Assembly: GCA_021432655.1 (NCBI GenBank) | Contig: MU271195.1 | Location: 1 to 64,000, forward strand | Length of the DNA stretch: 64,000 bases | Origin: Atractiella rhizophila | Lineage: Eukaryota | Direction: 5' to 3' | Shown: one piece after another, positions 38,785-52,530 of the stretch | How positions within the stretch are numbered: the stretch's first letter is position 1 | How the letters are laid out: each line of letters begins with the position of its first letter | Made by a program: the position numbers and the translations under genes | The notes under the pieces: generated by a model | Told to the model about the DNA's origin: nothing | Databases searched by the model: none | The model's input: only the letters and a program-made list of their open reading frames with translations

Positions 38785-41073
38785 TTAATTTATAGGTTGA
38801 ATTGTAGCCATAAAATTCGTCTCTTCGAGCTTGAATGTGTCAGCAATAATGCTATCACCACTGGCCAAGAAGCTGATGTCATTATTGGTAGAATAAGGCG
38901 GCCAGGAAAGAACTGCGATTCGACTTTAGTTCTGCAACAAGGAGCAGATATGGACTGACGTTTGTCACCGTTCGGGTTAAGGGATACAACAAAGTTAACC
39001 CAATAAGAGATCATTCGGTCTTGCAGTGCTTGCAGCTGAGTAGGGTTCGAAGGATTCCCTCCCAGTGCTGGCCAAGAGCCGAACAGAAACTCCAGTTCAG
39101 AAGCATGATAAGCTGCCAAAGGATATATCAAGTTATCCCACCTCCCAACGGAAACAAATCCTCACCACCTAAAGAATTGCGAGCACCAGGTGGCGCCTAG
39201 CAATGACGTGTGGGCTTGTGTATGCAAGGAAAGCGGGATACGCACCTGTTCAAAATGATAGGTATACACAGGTTGAGTAGCACGTAGCTGCTGTGACACC
39301 CATCGTCTATACATCGCATGAGCTGGACTTTTGATGAACGAAGAGAGAGCCTACCTGTCACCTAAGAAGAGCCAATCTCCCACAATCTCTTCATATTTCT
39401 GAGCCCAAGTCATATTACCTGTGTACGGGTCTGTGTTGTAAATGCTAAGGAGGGTTTGAGCGTTTTGAGCGCTCATGCTACCCTGCATGAGAGCTAGTGT
39501 TTCCGCTTCAGTATCTGGGTCCACCCCAAGCGTGAAGGTTGCCCCCTCCTATGGGGCAAAATCATGAGTCCACGACGAAACTACGGCAAAAACCTACATC
39601 TTTGTTAGTCCCCATAATGGTTGGAACCTGTTTCATCCAATCAGAATGAAGGTTAGGCGTGCGAAGGAGAAAAAACCTTGTTATAAGCTTTGGTGGCAAG
39701 TCGAGACTTGGGACTTTTGTCCAACCAAGTGTTGTCAACAATGACCGGCCCAAGTGTAATATTGAGGGCTAACGAAGCCAAGGTATCATAAGGCGTATCG
39801 ACAAGACAGTCATATGCGGTTCGGGGAGAAGTTGTTGCTTGCACCCCACAACCTGCAGCGGACGCGATGGACCAAAATTGCGTCGTGATATTTGGGTACC
39901 TAGCAGTCCTGTTTGTTTCATCAGTTAAGAAAACGACTTGCAAAAGAGTGGAGCTACCAAATGTAAGGAGAATCAACAATGGCCGCGCGGAAGAGACCTG
40001 GTTGGTCGTAAATGATGTGAGATTCGATGCTGAAGCCTCCTGCGCTTTCTCCCCCTGTACACCTGTTAAGCACACCTTTTCCAAATAACCAATTCTCCGT
40101 ACAAATGGTGATTTTGTTTGGGTCTCCTCCGAATGCTGCGACGTTCGATTTGATGAATTGCAACGCGTAAGTCTGATCGAGCAGCCCAACATTCACATCT
40201 TGGGGATCCTTGGAAATGTAAGTGAATGTAAGTGTCGCAGATTGCACCGAGTAATTCAAGCATACCGTGACGTCTGGGTTGTAGAGAAAGCCAAAACTCG
40301 ACAGCCGATAATTTATGCTAACAACAATTATTGGCTTGTGCATGGCAACACTTCGCTGCACGATTGCTGTCAAGATTCAAGTATTAAGTCGGTGTAGGTT
40401 GAGAAGTTAGCCCTTACGAGTTGGGTCATGTGCCGCCCCAACGCCTGCGTCTACAGAAAACCCAGGAAAACATTAGTCACCGAAGGGGACTTGCGAAGGG
40501 AAACGTACAAAATCCGCCACCGTGAATCCAAACTAGCACAGGCAGACGTTGAGAAGAGGTTACACCCGTTGGCCTAATATGTATTCATTACCATTCACAT
40601 ACTCACGGGTGAAGGAGGAACGCTGTACCGATAAAAGTTGGCAGTCAAACAATCCTGTACGCAAATATATATCAGATAACTACTTCAAAACCGTCATCAA
40701 ACTCGTACCTCAGCGATGGGAACGGGAAGTGGCGAGCCCAACACAGCATTGATCTGAGGGCAGGCAAACCCATAACTCGTTGCGTTCCTAATTCCACTTT
40801 GGTAGGCTGCTGGTTGTGGTGCCTTAAACCTCCTTGCCCCAGTAGGTGGGAGAGCGTAAGGAATACCTTTCCGTGCGAAGCACGCATCAGAAGGAGCGAA
40901 ACATCATTACCGTAACAGATTCTACCTTGGAACCAGTCGACACGAGTTGTACTATTCGTCGTCCCTTGGAACGTGCCAGTCGTCAGGTGGACTATAGGAG
41001 GAGAAGGACGAGACACAAGAGGAGCTGCAGACGTAACGGCCACAAGGGCGATCGTGAGAATGAGTGATATCAT
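38785..41073 (-). CDS. Secreted type-B carboxylesterase/lipase, multi-exon
   Basis: Signal peptide, VSINYRL..FGFL, NVGLLDQ..AL.FI..N...FGGDPNK, GESAG nucleophile, [11 protein letters not shown] and MISYWVNF...LNPN. Confidence 0.92.
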
Positions 41074-42435
41074 GATGAATATCTGTCTTACGGTGCCCTC
41101 TTGGTCCTAAACTGAAAGAGGAGACAATATATGGTACCACCAAAATCCAAAGATAGGTTGAGAAAATAGGCGACTGTGCATGCGTGGGGGAGGGGCGAGA
41201 AGAAAGAAAGTGATTCTTCGGGGTAATTGCGATTTTGGTGAGACGTAGGTATTGCAAGGACGCTACAGGTCACGTTGGTCCGGTAAACAAAAACGCGACT
41301 AGCAGGCGCGGTGTGCCCGCGCAATTTCGGGGCGGAAAGCGTGGTCGTCTCCAACCGGTCCAACGACTCGCCCCGGTCAATGCCAAATCCCACCTTCGCT
41401 GATCAGAGAATACTCAGGCGCTCAGGCCGCCTACTCTAGCAGGCAGCGGCTTCAAGTTTCCCTTCGTATCCGGCCTGCGTAAAGACAAAACCGCTTCTCA
41501 TCAGGTCACGAGCTGGCAACAGTCATCCTGAAGTACCTGAGACAAAGAGGCACAAAATGGATATTCTGCCAGTCAGTTCCCGTCATGGCCATGGAGAGAC
41601 CGTCCGTGCGAACGTCAAGATCTTCCGTGAACGCAGGTTTCACGGTTCCCACCAAGGTTGGCCATGTCAAGAGCAATTTCAGCTCGGCACGCTTAATTGA
41701 CAGTTAGTTCCCTCTCAGCTATCTATATTCGGACCACTGCACTGAGACAAGTAGAAATTCCTGCATATCTCCTGTAGCAGTTGTCCAATTGCATCTGAGT
41801 CTGCAGTACCGTTCTCGTTGACGTTTGAAATCCTACCAAACAGCAAGCTGTTGCAGCTTTTGGAGCAGGGGTGGGGTAAACATCACCAGGTTCTCTCTGC
41901 AGAAAACAATGATCCTAAACCACGGTCACAGCGCGATCCATGAACGTGAATAGGTCAAAGAATATTGATCTGATTCGCTTCTTTCAGTGCAGGATTGGAA
42001 GAGAAGCAACGTACTGCTGCACAGATCAGTTTGGACAAAGGGAGCTATTTCACTCTCAACAATTCTACCAATGAATTGGTCAATTGCTATACCATTGGTG
42101 GTCCGAATATAGTAAGAATCCAAGAAGCTCCAAGGAGTTGATTTGTTCTTCCTGGAGAACACATTGCATCAACGGGACGTAGAAACTATTACAGCTCTTG
42201 GTTCTACGCTCAGTTCAAAAACGGAAAGAAGAGAACTTGATTTGGAAAGTGTGGGCATTCAGAGCATCCAGTACAGTGACTGTGAAGCAGCAGCTCGACG
42301 CATAAATGTGCCCTGTTCAATAGCATGAACTATGGCGACAGGGTTTTAGCGAAGGGAAGAGTAAATAGTTACACAAGCAAATGAATCTCGAAGATGTACA
42401 AGTCAAGGAGATGGAAAGCTCACGAACGGGGATAC

Positions 42436-43729
42436 TCATCCGTCAAGAACATAGTTCATCCCATCCCCGTCACCCAACATGCTTCCCAGTTTCTCATTTA
42501 CAACTTCTTTACTGCTCTTGATCTCGCTGATTGTCCCTTCTGTCATGTCGCCTTTCAGCTTCTGAAATTCCTCAAGGTAAGCGACTAGTGGTCCTAGCTG
42601 ATCTAATAAGGCTGATGTGATGAAGAGTCAATTCATACTGTGTAGTGATGTGACGGTGGGATGACGCACCTTTCTTCTCCGCTTTCACACTCTTCGTCGG
42701 CTTGATGCCCTCCAATTCCTCCTTGAGTTTTTCAAGAGGTTGGACTTTCATCTCCAGAACCCTCTTGAGCTCACGCAACTTCCGCTCCTTCTCCTTCGCT
42801 TCCTTCAACAATCTCACTTCCTCTTCAAGTTCCTGCATAACATCTACTTCCTCTTCCTTGAAATCCTCTCCGAACAGAGAAGCTGGAGAGTCATGGGTGG
42901 TTGAGGGAATCGGGGGATGGTGCTCTAACCGAAAGTAAGGGAGAAGGTTCAAGTCGAAGCGAAAGCCATTTCGAAGCACGTAGATTTCGAATTTGTCGAA
43001 TTCGGCGTCGACACGAGATTCGATGAGGGTTTCGATGCGACTCAGAGCCTGAATGGAAGATGAAAGACCCGTCAGCTCTACTTATGCAGGAAAGAGCACA
43101 AACTCTGAGAAGTGGCACTATGGCAAGAATCCATTCAACTTCCACCCAAAAAGGATACAAAACGAGCTTCATAATAATAGATAATTTCCCTCAGCTTCCT
43201 TCCGACTAATATTGAAGGCTTCATAGACGTAGGAACATACATCGACTGCGACGACGAGCAGACTGGAATCCACTAAGCCCACAAATAAGCGGCGTGATGC
43301 ATGGCATTTGACTTGCTCGACCAGCTTGAGCGAGGCTGTAGCTACAACCAAACCCAATGCATGAAGGATAACCGCCACGGGATGTCAATTTCTAGCTCCT
43401 CTCGCTGGTTCTTTTTAATCAAGGGCAATCAAACTGAATGCCAGTGACACGCAGTCCTACGCTACCCGTCGCATTGGCTCATCCACAAGCAGAAAATAAC
43501 GCACAATCTGAAACTGTTCTTCAGCTTTGCCCCCATATTTCTCCCTCAGCAACTCCTGAAGCTTTTCGGTCGCATCATACAGGCAAAAGTTGACGGAATC
43601 TCCAGCGGAGCGGACGAATTGTTCTGGTGGGAAACCGAAGTGGGAGTAAAGGAGATCGTGATAAATATATTTCAAGGCAGGACTATATGTCACTGGATCT
43701 TCGAGCGTCTTCTTAGGCAGCTCAGCCAT
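42436..43729 (-). CDS. MIS12: Kinetochore protein Mis12/Mtw1 family
   Basis: Exon 43729-43505 (HFGFPPEQFV), 456-nt intron, exon from 43048 (ALSRIETLIESRVDAEFDKFEIYVLRNGF) followed by coiled coil; last exon ends at TGA 42436-42438. Confidence 0.8.
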
Positions 43730-44785
43730 GCTGAGGCGCGAGATAGCTGGATAAGTTCAAGGGTTCGCTGGATTCGACTTGGTTGTTTAGCAAACGTCAC
43801 GTACGAAGGCCACCTCTCCAGCCCTAACCCTATCAGAATTGCTGCTCCCACTCCCCAGCAGCAACCAGCAACAGCAACTGGTGACAATTCTTGGACAATT
43901 TGACAAAGGATCAAGGGTTACACCAGAAACGCATCCCTAACTCATTCTGAAAGTCTTCTTTAGAACGAGTACATTGATGCTGGCCTAGAGATCCTCAGTC
44001 CAACTTTACTCGACCAGTCACGAATTCAGCGACTTAATCGAAAACAATAGGGGAGGGGGTCTCTATTTTGGGGTTGGTGGGCTGGTTATTGCACGGGTTG
44101 TGCGCCGGAGCTACACGCCTATCAAGTGATGGCGTTCAGGTGAGTGCTACATTCGTAAGGTCATAGACAAAAGGGTTAGAATGCAATGGAAAATGGAATA
44201 TCAATGTGTTTTACCAAAATGAACCAGAAACAGCGTGTTTCGTTTGCACTCCGTGAGTAGTATAACGATTCGGATGAGGATGATTACATGGTTCTCAGAT
44301 GTTGCTTAAACAGTGACAGGCGTGATAAACTGCAGAGCCTCTTGCGCAAACGCTGAGAGGATATTTTACTGTCATCTGCCTACAAACAAAAGGAAGAAGT
44401 TTTGGCATCGGCTTCTCTGAGACTCGAGACAACGCCCGACGTTCTAGGCTCATGCATCTGCCTTAAGGAGGTCATGAGTCGGTCAAAATGCGATAATGCC
44501 CTGTTCCAGGACCTGGAAGGGACGTCCGATCTATATGACCAACAAGCAAACGAGAAGGTCTTTATCTCGTTCATCTGTCACCTCATCTAGCATTTGCAGT
44601 GCTCAAAGTGTTACCTAATTTGAAAAGAAGCGAGAATTCGGCAAAGCAGCGGCATGGCGTGGGGGCTTATTTTTTTGGTCCCCAAATTCGCCAGCTCATA
44701 AAAGGACAGTCTATCTTTCTAAGAACTCCAGGCCCCCTTTGATTATTTACTGTTTTTTACCAGTGGAGGGATTATCAAAACAAAG

Positions 44786-47714
44786 ATGGTTTTAAAGCGA
44801 GGAGTTTCTTTCGCAGACACTTTGGTGGATGCCGAAGGCATATCTGCTGTGTCGAACGAGCATGTTTCATCTAATGATGTGCATGATAGCAAGAAGGAGA
44901 TACATAATAAATTTATTATGGATGAAGAGAAATCCGCGCCTTCTTCTCCTCACAATGAGAAAGACGATCCGACAAAGGACCTTGAATCCTCTTCTCCCAT
45001 GGCATCGCATCTTGTTCTAACGGATCAGACAAACCTCCTTCCCGCCAAAAAAGTTATCGTTGTCTTCCTTGCTCTCTCGATTTCTCTTGGGGTAGTAGTG
45101 CTTGAACAAACAATTACGGCTACAGCCCTTCCAGTCCTTTCGTCATATTTTAATTCTGGCAGAGAATCGATTTGGGTCGCAACCGCGTAACATTCTCTTC
45201 TTGTTGGTTATGTATGTGCTCTGTTGAGGGGGAGATAGATATCTTTTGACTTCCACGGCGTTTCAACCGTCTTTTGGCCGCCTCAGCGATATTTTTGGAC
45301 GCAAAATATTGCTTCTAGGTGCAACGGTAAAAGTTCTCTATGCCATCAGCACAGCAGTCTAACGCCGCATTCCTTTCCAAGGTCGAATTTATGCTAGCTT
45401 CATTGGCATGCGCTGTGGCACAAACGATGACGCAACTGATAATATTTCGAGCTCTGCAAGGCATGCACTTATCTACCAGCCGACAATCCATACTAATTCT
45501 CAGTCAACTAGGTATTGGAGGAGGGGCGATTTTGACGACAGGTAACTCGAGAGACCCACAATCTCTCAAATGCCAATATTAATCACCTGCAGGGATGATT
45601 ATAATTTCCGATATTGTCGACTTGAAGAATCGAGGAAAGGTCCTCATTCTCTCATTATCTTAATTGAAACTAGCTGATGACAGGGTTATAGTATCAAGGT
45701 ATTATCATGTCTTTTCTGGTGCTGGGCGTCCAAGTAATATGCCTTAGGACTCATGGAATGCGTCTTTGCCATTTGTAACGGCGTTGGACCACTACTTGGT
45801 GCGGACATTCCTTCCTCCTTAGCTAGTCTGATGGGGAAATAGGCGGTGTTTTCTCAGAAAGCGTGTCCTGGCGGTGGTGTTTCTGGGTAATGATCCGACT
45901 AATTATTTTGTTTTATTGACCTTTCATTCAGATCAATATTCCTATCTGCGCTGTCTCACTGGTTGTGAGCACCTTACCTCTAGCGCCATTCCCACGGGTA
46001 GTAACGCTTTTAGCAACTAGCTCATCTTTTTCTGTCTGCCGCTCAAAAAGGTCGAAGGGATGTTCATTCTCAAATTAAAAACGATAGATTACGTGGGAAC
46101 AGCTCTTGTGAGCACTTGATGAGCGCTGCCCAAAATTGCTAAAGAAGTCATATTCTAGACCTTAATTGGATCTGTTCTTATGCTCGTAACATTTCACCAT
46201 TCCGCGTACGATCTTTTATGCTAATATTTTATCGTCAGATTGCTCTCAACTGGTCTGTAGAGCTCATGTCTCTTGTACTGGAGCTAACGTTAAAGCAGGG
46301 GAGGTGTTGAATACGAATGGGCGTGGGTTTCTCACTGTGTTCACTTTCGTCAATTACTCAGTTCCATTGCCAACAGTTCAGCACCCGTCCTCGTTCTCAT
46401 CTTTGTTGCACTTGCTGCTTTCGCAGTGTTCTGTCTATGGGAGTGGAGAGTACGCTTTGAATCCAGACGATGCAAATCTGATGATGATTTCGTAGTTCGC
46501 GAAGCTTCCCATCGTCCCAATGTACATTTTCGCATTTCGGACTGTCATCGGTGTATCGGTGGTTACTACATTCCTTGGGCTCGTCTGGTACGACGTTGTA
46601 TACTTCGTTCCTCAGTTGCTCCAAATCGCGAAAGGATATAGCGGTATGTGTCATTCAAACGAGAGAGGTGCTTGCTGATTGTTACTCAAGCTGTCAAGTA
46701 CAGTTTCCCCTATGAGTAGGCAATCTGAAGTGATCCAGCTAACGGGTGAGATAGAGCTGGAGTTCTTATGATTCCTCTTTTGGCTTGTGTTACTTGTGTA
46801 GTCTTCATCACTGGTCAAGTATGCTTGTTTTCTCTCTCTGACTCTGTTTGGGATCTTAATGCATGACATACAGGTCACAGCCAGGACTGGGATATTTAGG
46901 GTTTGCCGCTTTTAGCAAAAGCACGAGATGTTCACCATGACATTACAGGCGTTCATTATAGCTGGGTTTGCAATTTGGAGCGTTGCGACAGGTTCGTTTG
47001 TTCCATCTCTTTCCCTCTGCTCTTATCTCACTTCCGTCTCCGTTCAGGCGTACTGTCAACCATTGATGAAAACAGCAGTGATTCGAAGATTATGGGATTT
47101 CTCTTCCTCTGCGCTGTCGGACCTGGTCTTATCTTTCAAACATCATTGGTTGGCCTCCAAGCCAGTGTAGACAGGAAGGACATGGTGAATTCCTTCTCAC
47201 ATTACATGCTACAACTAATTGCTTCTGTCAGGCGGTTGTCACATCCGTCAGGCACGCGTATTTTCCAGAACATACTAACAAATTCTCATAGTCGTCTGGT
47301 TGCAGGTCGTTTCTTCGTTTCCTTGGAGGGACCCTCGGACTTGCCGTCTCCAGCGCGTTGATCAACAATTCAATTAAACAAGAAGCTAGATCGATTAATC
47401 TACGGGATGACTACTTGAAGCAGGTCCTCGATGATCCAACGGCCATTCGCCATCGTCTTGCAGATATCCTTTCTCCAGAAGACCAGAGCGCGCTGATTCG
47501 GGCTTACGCTTCAGGCTTCAGGACGGTTTACCTCGTTTGCGCTGGTTGTTGTGCGGTCTCTTTCATCATCAGTGCTGCTTTGATACAGCATCACGATCTG
47601 GAAAGGGGAGACGAGAAAGAGTTGAGGGAGGAGACGAAGAAGTGGCTGAAGGATCAAGGGGCTTCGACCGCCTCTAAGGAAGAGAAGGATCATGATCATG
47701 CTGCCAAAGTCTGA
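44786..47714 (+). CDS. MFS drug:H+ antiporter (DHA2, 14-TMS type), many introns
   Basis: LEQTITATALP, WVATA-YLLTSTAFQP.FGRLSDIFGRK, LIIFRALQG-IGGG, SDIVDLKNRGK, VSWRWCFW-IN and AYASGFRTVY. Confidence 0.93.
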
Positions 47715-48002
47715 ACCACGTAAGCCTCTTGAACTCGGATTTCGGAAGACTCGAACGATTGGAATTGATTGGAACGTCTCAAAATTTACATGCATTTCGT
47801 CCTCTGCATTAGCACTGTCTCGTTATGTGTACTATTCACTCTTTCACCCCATAGATAACTGCATTTGGAATTCATGACCTCGCTGCTCTTTCATAATCAT
47901 CTCATCTCGTGTTTAAAAGCAAGTCTGAACGTCCTTTGGGATGTATTTACAAGCAGTGATATTAACATACAGATTACAATGCCCTATCCTCCAACGTCAC
48001 GC

Positions 48003-48949
48003 TTACTTCTGATTGAGCCACTTATCGAGGCCTAAACTTTTATAGATTTTGTCCAAGCCCTATTATTCCAGTTCACTCGCCGCTGAGTGAAAAACTTGAG
48101 AAGGAGAGCACGCACCGTCGCAGCGACTATGCCCTTGAGCAAGCTGTCCAACCCCAGACCACTGAGGAGTTTCCCGACAAGGTTCAGAACGCCGGCAAGG
48201 AGCAAGCCAACGCCTCCGACGATCTGAGTGAGGGGTTGCCCTAGGGCATCAAGCAATGGACTCAGGTCTTTCTTTGCTTTAGGGAATGAATCGAGTTTAT
48301 CTTTCGCCCATGCGATGGTGCCTACCACGCACCAGCGATGTCAGTGTCGGAGGACGACACAGCTGAAGGAGAGACGAACCGCCAACTTCCTCGATCATCA
48401 CTTTCAAAGCTTCGGCCAGCCTCTGTTCTGATGGAGAAGCTTTGTGATCCGCAACGTTTCGTTTCGCCTTGTTAGCGAGGCGGTTATCGGGATCAGCTCC
48501 TGTTTGACGCAATGCACATAAGTTTTCGATTTGGAACTGATGAGCTGCACGAGAGGGGCGAACCTTTCACCATTCCGTACGTCTCGTTCATGATTTTCTC
48601 CGCTTGCTCCAGAAGTGGCTTGACCTGATCGTGAAGGCTGAGCGACATTCTAGTCTACAAGCAAAAGCCGAACATTCTTCACCAACGCACCCTCGTCCCT
48701 GTCCTCCTCCTTCTTCTCAAATTCGTTCTCGATATGCTGCAACAAGCTCAGTGACACCGTACCAAACAAATATAAGGAGACCCAAACCTTTCTAATCATT
48801 TTCGTAATTGGTACCACCTTTTCATTCGCATCCTCAAGCAAAACAGAAAGACGGTCGGCGAGCTCATCGTCTTTCTTCTTCTCCTCATCAGTGCGAGGGT
48901 CCTCACCTTGAGGTTGAGGAGCTTTGAGTTGTTGTTCGATGTCGGACAT
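48003..48949 (-). CDS. Conserved fungal helical protein resembling the C-terminal domain of fungal LEA-like/DUF3659 proteins
   Basis: Spliced reading includes DEGALVKN-VKPLLEQAEKIMNETYG, ADPDNRLANKAK, SEQRLAEALK and LGQPLTQIVGGVGLLLAGVLNLVGKLLSGLGLD. Confidence 0.7.
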
Positions 48950-49944
48950 TGTTTTGGAAAGTTGCTTTGTCGTGAGAGTGGGCTTAGATTGGGATTTGTC
49001 GACATTTCCGTTTTGGAAGGCTTTATAGGAGGAGGGCAATGATGTAACGACTACATCGAATATTGCAATCCATACAATGGGAAAGGAATATGGGCGTGAA
49101 GCAGTGTGAAGAAAGCGCATCATCATTCATTTTGATATTGTCAATCATCGACGTAGGATCGGCGTCATGCGTTCCGGAGCTTGCCACCGCTTCGATCCTG
49201 GATCCTAGACCTTGGATTCATTGAGGTAGTACACCAGCTACTGTAACTTGGGCGAACTTGAAGACAGATTGCATCCCGTTGCATCCAAACTTCAGCATCC
49301 TCCCCGACGTCTGGGAACGAGAACGCGGACACTTGACCTGGAACGCAAACGATACAAAAGCAACAGGGAACCCAACAACTCCACGATACAGATTCCGGGG
49401 CTGGCGGAGAAAGATTAGTACATGTACTCCGCACGAAATGCAAGTTTTGCCGTTTACAAGGAGGGGCACCGAGATCTTCGCACTCCTCAACATACAGTAA
49501 TCATATAATCATCGTTGCTTCTGTCAATTATGGTGAGTTTGCCTCTTGATTGCTTTCAACATATGAATAAAGTCCAACAGGATATGCAGCCTCATTGGTA
49601 TAGGTCCGTGAATGGCGTGCATATACAAATTTGAAGCTTTCCATAAGATTTCAAGCGCGAAATAAACTTGAAGTTAAAAGTCGAACAGTCGACGTGATAT
49701 GAGCTGCTTTGGAGAGAAAGACCGACAGGGCAAGAGCGCGGCAAAGCTTTCATGTTATCGAGAGAAGATTGCAGATTGCAACCCAGTCTGATACATCCAA
49801 CCAAAGGTGACTAGCACGGAGGCATTTCATACATTTTCCTCATTCATGGGGGCGTACGTCTAGCAACCAAACCGATCTCTGGTTCACCATTCCGCACCTC
49901 GGATAGCTGCGTTTCGTCGAGGATACCATAACCGTAACATGAGC

Positions 49945-50112
49945 AGCAGACCCGTCGCCCAAGGGGTCGGAGTTGGTCGGCGATAAAACTGGTCGACCAG
50001 TTTTGACCTGCTTTTTGGCTTGCAAATTTTCTCAAAATTGAAGCGCAAAACCATTTTTCGCTTGCGGCCTCCGGCCGCTTGCGCAAACCCCTGGGGGCGA
50101 CTAGTTTGCCGG
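49945..50112 (-). repeat. Interspersed palindrome-rich repeat, copy 2
   Basis: Diverged inverted copy of ~12975-13142. Includes the perfect 20-bp palindrome AAAACTGGTCGACCAGTTTT at 49985-50004. Confidence 0.7.
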
Positions 50113-50126
50113 GGGTCCCCATAAGT

Positions 50127-50256
50127 TGGATCAAACGACCGTGTGCGTGTGGGTGGATCAAATGGCATTTCGCATACGGTGGATCAAACGGCCACTCGCA
50201 TACGGTGGATTAAACGGCCATTCGCTTACGGTGGATCAAATAGCCATCCGCAGCGG
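50127..50256. repeat. Minisatellite, ~26-bp unit, five copies
   Basis: Units start at 50127, 50154, 50180, 50206 and 50232; consensus approximately TGGATCAAACGGCCATTCGCATACGG. Confidence 0.9.
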
Positions 50257-50449
50257 CTGAGTTTCCATCCTTGCATGCGCCGGTGGCTGGCAATCGGATA
50301 ATATATGCAACGTATGCAACGATATCTGATCCAGCGCATAACAATGACAGTTTTGATATGCAATGACCCTTCGATTCAGAACTCCGTTAACCTGTCGTCA
50401 AATCATAGCTTCAAGCTTAAAACGGTGCAGAAGGAGAATGAGCTGCCCT

Positions 50450-52530
50450 TTTCATTCCAGACATCAATGAGGACTTCAGGATGGAAACTCAGCCGCATAA
50501 CCCTTACGAGGTCAACTTCTACGGAAAGGTGGTTTGCCCCACTGCTGTCTCCATGCTTGTCGTGTTTGTCCTTTGGGGGATAGGGCTCCTCCAGGCATGT
50601 CATTCCTTCTCCTTGCAGAGGACTCACTCCGTCACTCATTCGAGATAACATAGTTTTACCGCTGCTTCCGCATTATCTGCGCAAGACAGCCAGAAGTAAG
50701 TTGTCTTCAGCATGACACCCTTGAGCTGAGAGGTCATTGTAGACAAAACAGCTCATCGCCATCGAGCTGTCGATGCTGTTCATCCTTGACATCACAGACC
50801 TGTTTGTTCGTTCCGTCATTGGAAGTCTGATGATATTGATTGCGCCCATGAGACAGTGTCGCCAAGATGATTTGGTTCACAAGGTTCCTTCGTGACATCA
50901 TCTCGCACGGCACGCTTGGTTTCCTGTATGGTTCTTTGCTGATTCTGCCTCCTGAGACTAACAAAAGCGATGGCTATTCTCAGTCGGCCGGACCACTCAA
51001 TCATAGTACTGTATGTACTTCGCTCCTCGAACCAGTCTGTTGGAAATCGACGGGCTGAGGAGCGGAGCTAAGTACGACTTGGTTACGTTTGGCTGAGCTC
51101 TTGCAAACGCATGAGCACCAGGAAATGGAATTCTATGTGTTTATATAGCTTACAGCAGTGGCAACTAGAAAATAGTAGAACATTCCAGAAAACTAAAGGA
51201 CTTTGCCACTGAGTGGCACGAAACTAGACTGCAAAATCCAACACAGTCACATAGATATCTTGAGGACAGGCAAGTGACGGGTCCGCTTATTGCTGTCAGC
51301 TGTCACCTCCTCTATGCCCGTCGAATCTATTCCATCAGGAAGAGAACTGCATCGAGAAATATTTCCCTTTGGATTGCCATTCTCATAACTGCAATTCTCC
51401 TCTCGACCCTACACTACGTGGCTGCACTTATCAGTCAGTTCTTCTCTCTCTCTTCCTGCATTTCTGATCACGAGGCATGGTATGCAGCCGGCTATATCTC
51501 CATTACGGCGCCCAGTTTGTCCTTTCCCCCCGTAAAGGCAGCAGCTAATTCGGGAAAAGGTGACAAGTGGATCCCTTCCATGATTCCCAGTGAGGGTTCA
51601 ACTGTTTTAACAAATGACATAATGAGCCCAATGAAGGTGCTTCGGTCGAGCTCGCTGTATCAGCCCTACTCGACTGCATTCTCTGCTTCTTCTTCGTTCT
51701 CGCTGTCAAAGTCGACAGTATTTTGTCTGTAAGCGTCCTTTTCCTTTTTTCCCTCCGATCTGCCTTGATGGAGCCAACAGACTAACAACGATACTATCAT
51801 TCGTGTGTGGCTTTTTCTGTACCCCACAGGAAACGTGACGTCATCATGCTCGCGATAGTTAACTTATTTCGCCATCGTGACAAGCGTGGTCACCGCTTCA
51901 CTTCGTCTGCTTGAACTCATTCTCTTGCTCGGTTATCTAGGTACCACATATCACATTGCGGGTACGTCCTCCATTCCTTGTTCCTCGGCTTGTTGATTTA
52001 TAAGACATAGTTCTCATCATCACCCCAAAGGTTTATGTCAACGGGTAAGTACCAAGCTTCAAATTTCTGTCGTGAAATGTCTCATTCAACTGCCACAGCG
52101 TTCTTATCTTAATCGGTGGAGACCGACGAGTCAATATGCCATCCTCCCAAACAACATCGTCGGTGGGCATCCCCGATGAAATTAGGCTGGAAGTAAGGGC
52201 TTTCTTTGTATGTGAACCAGGCTGAACGGAGCACCATTGTAGATGCCCGCAGCCCGAGACATCAAACGGATTGGCCAAGTTGTGGAGTTTCATTTTGGCA
52301 GCACTAATAGCAACTTCAGCAACTTGGACCTTGATCAGTCTTGGCGAAGAGCTTCATGGCCGATAGCCGCAAAAAGCTCCATAATTGATCATAACAAGAG
52401 GAACAACCTTGACCAATGTGCTTGGATGGAGCAGGCAATGATTCACGAATGCTACTCTAGCCCATCTGACCACCACACCTGCGACAATGCAGTTCCTGGG
52501 CTGTTTCCGACAGTGAATGCGCTTCAGTGA
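50450..52530 (+). CDS. Multi-pass membrane protein, possibly DUF6534-like; may be degenerate
   Basis: Hydrophobic exons TGPLIAVSCHLLYARRIY, FAIVTSVVTA..LLELILLLG and IITPKVYVN. Full model not resolved. Confidence 0.4.

Noticed and set aside
43820..43833. Telomerase RNA template or interstitial telomere
   Set aside because: Fewer than two repeat units and no supporting structure; better treated as a promoter motif.
50127..50256. Regularly spaced TGGATCAAA repeats as a CRISPR-like array
   Set aside because: The intervening sequences are homologous to each other, so this is a tandem minisatellite. The context is eukaryotic and has no cas genes.
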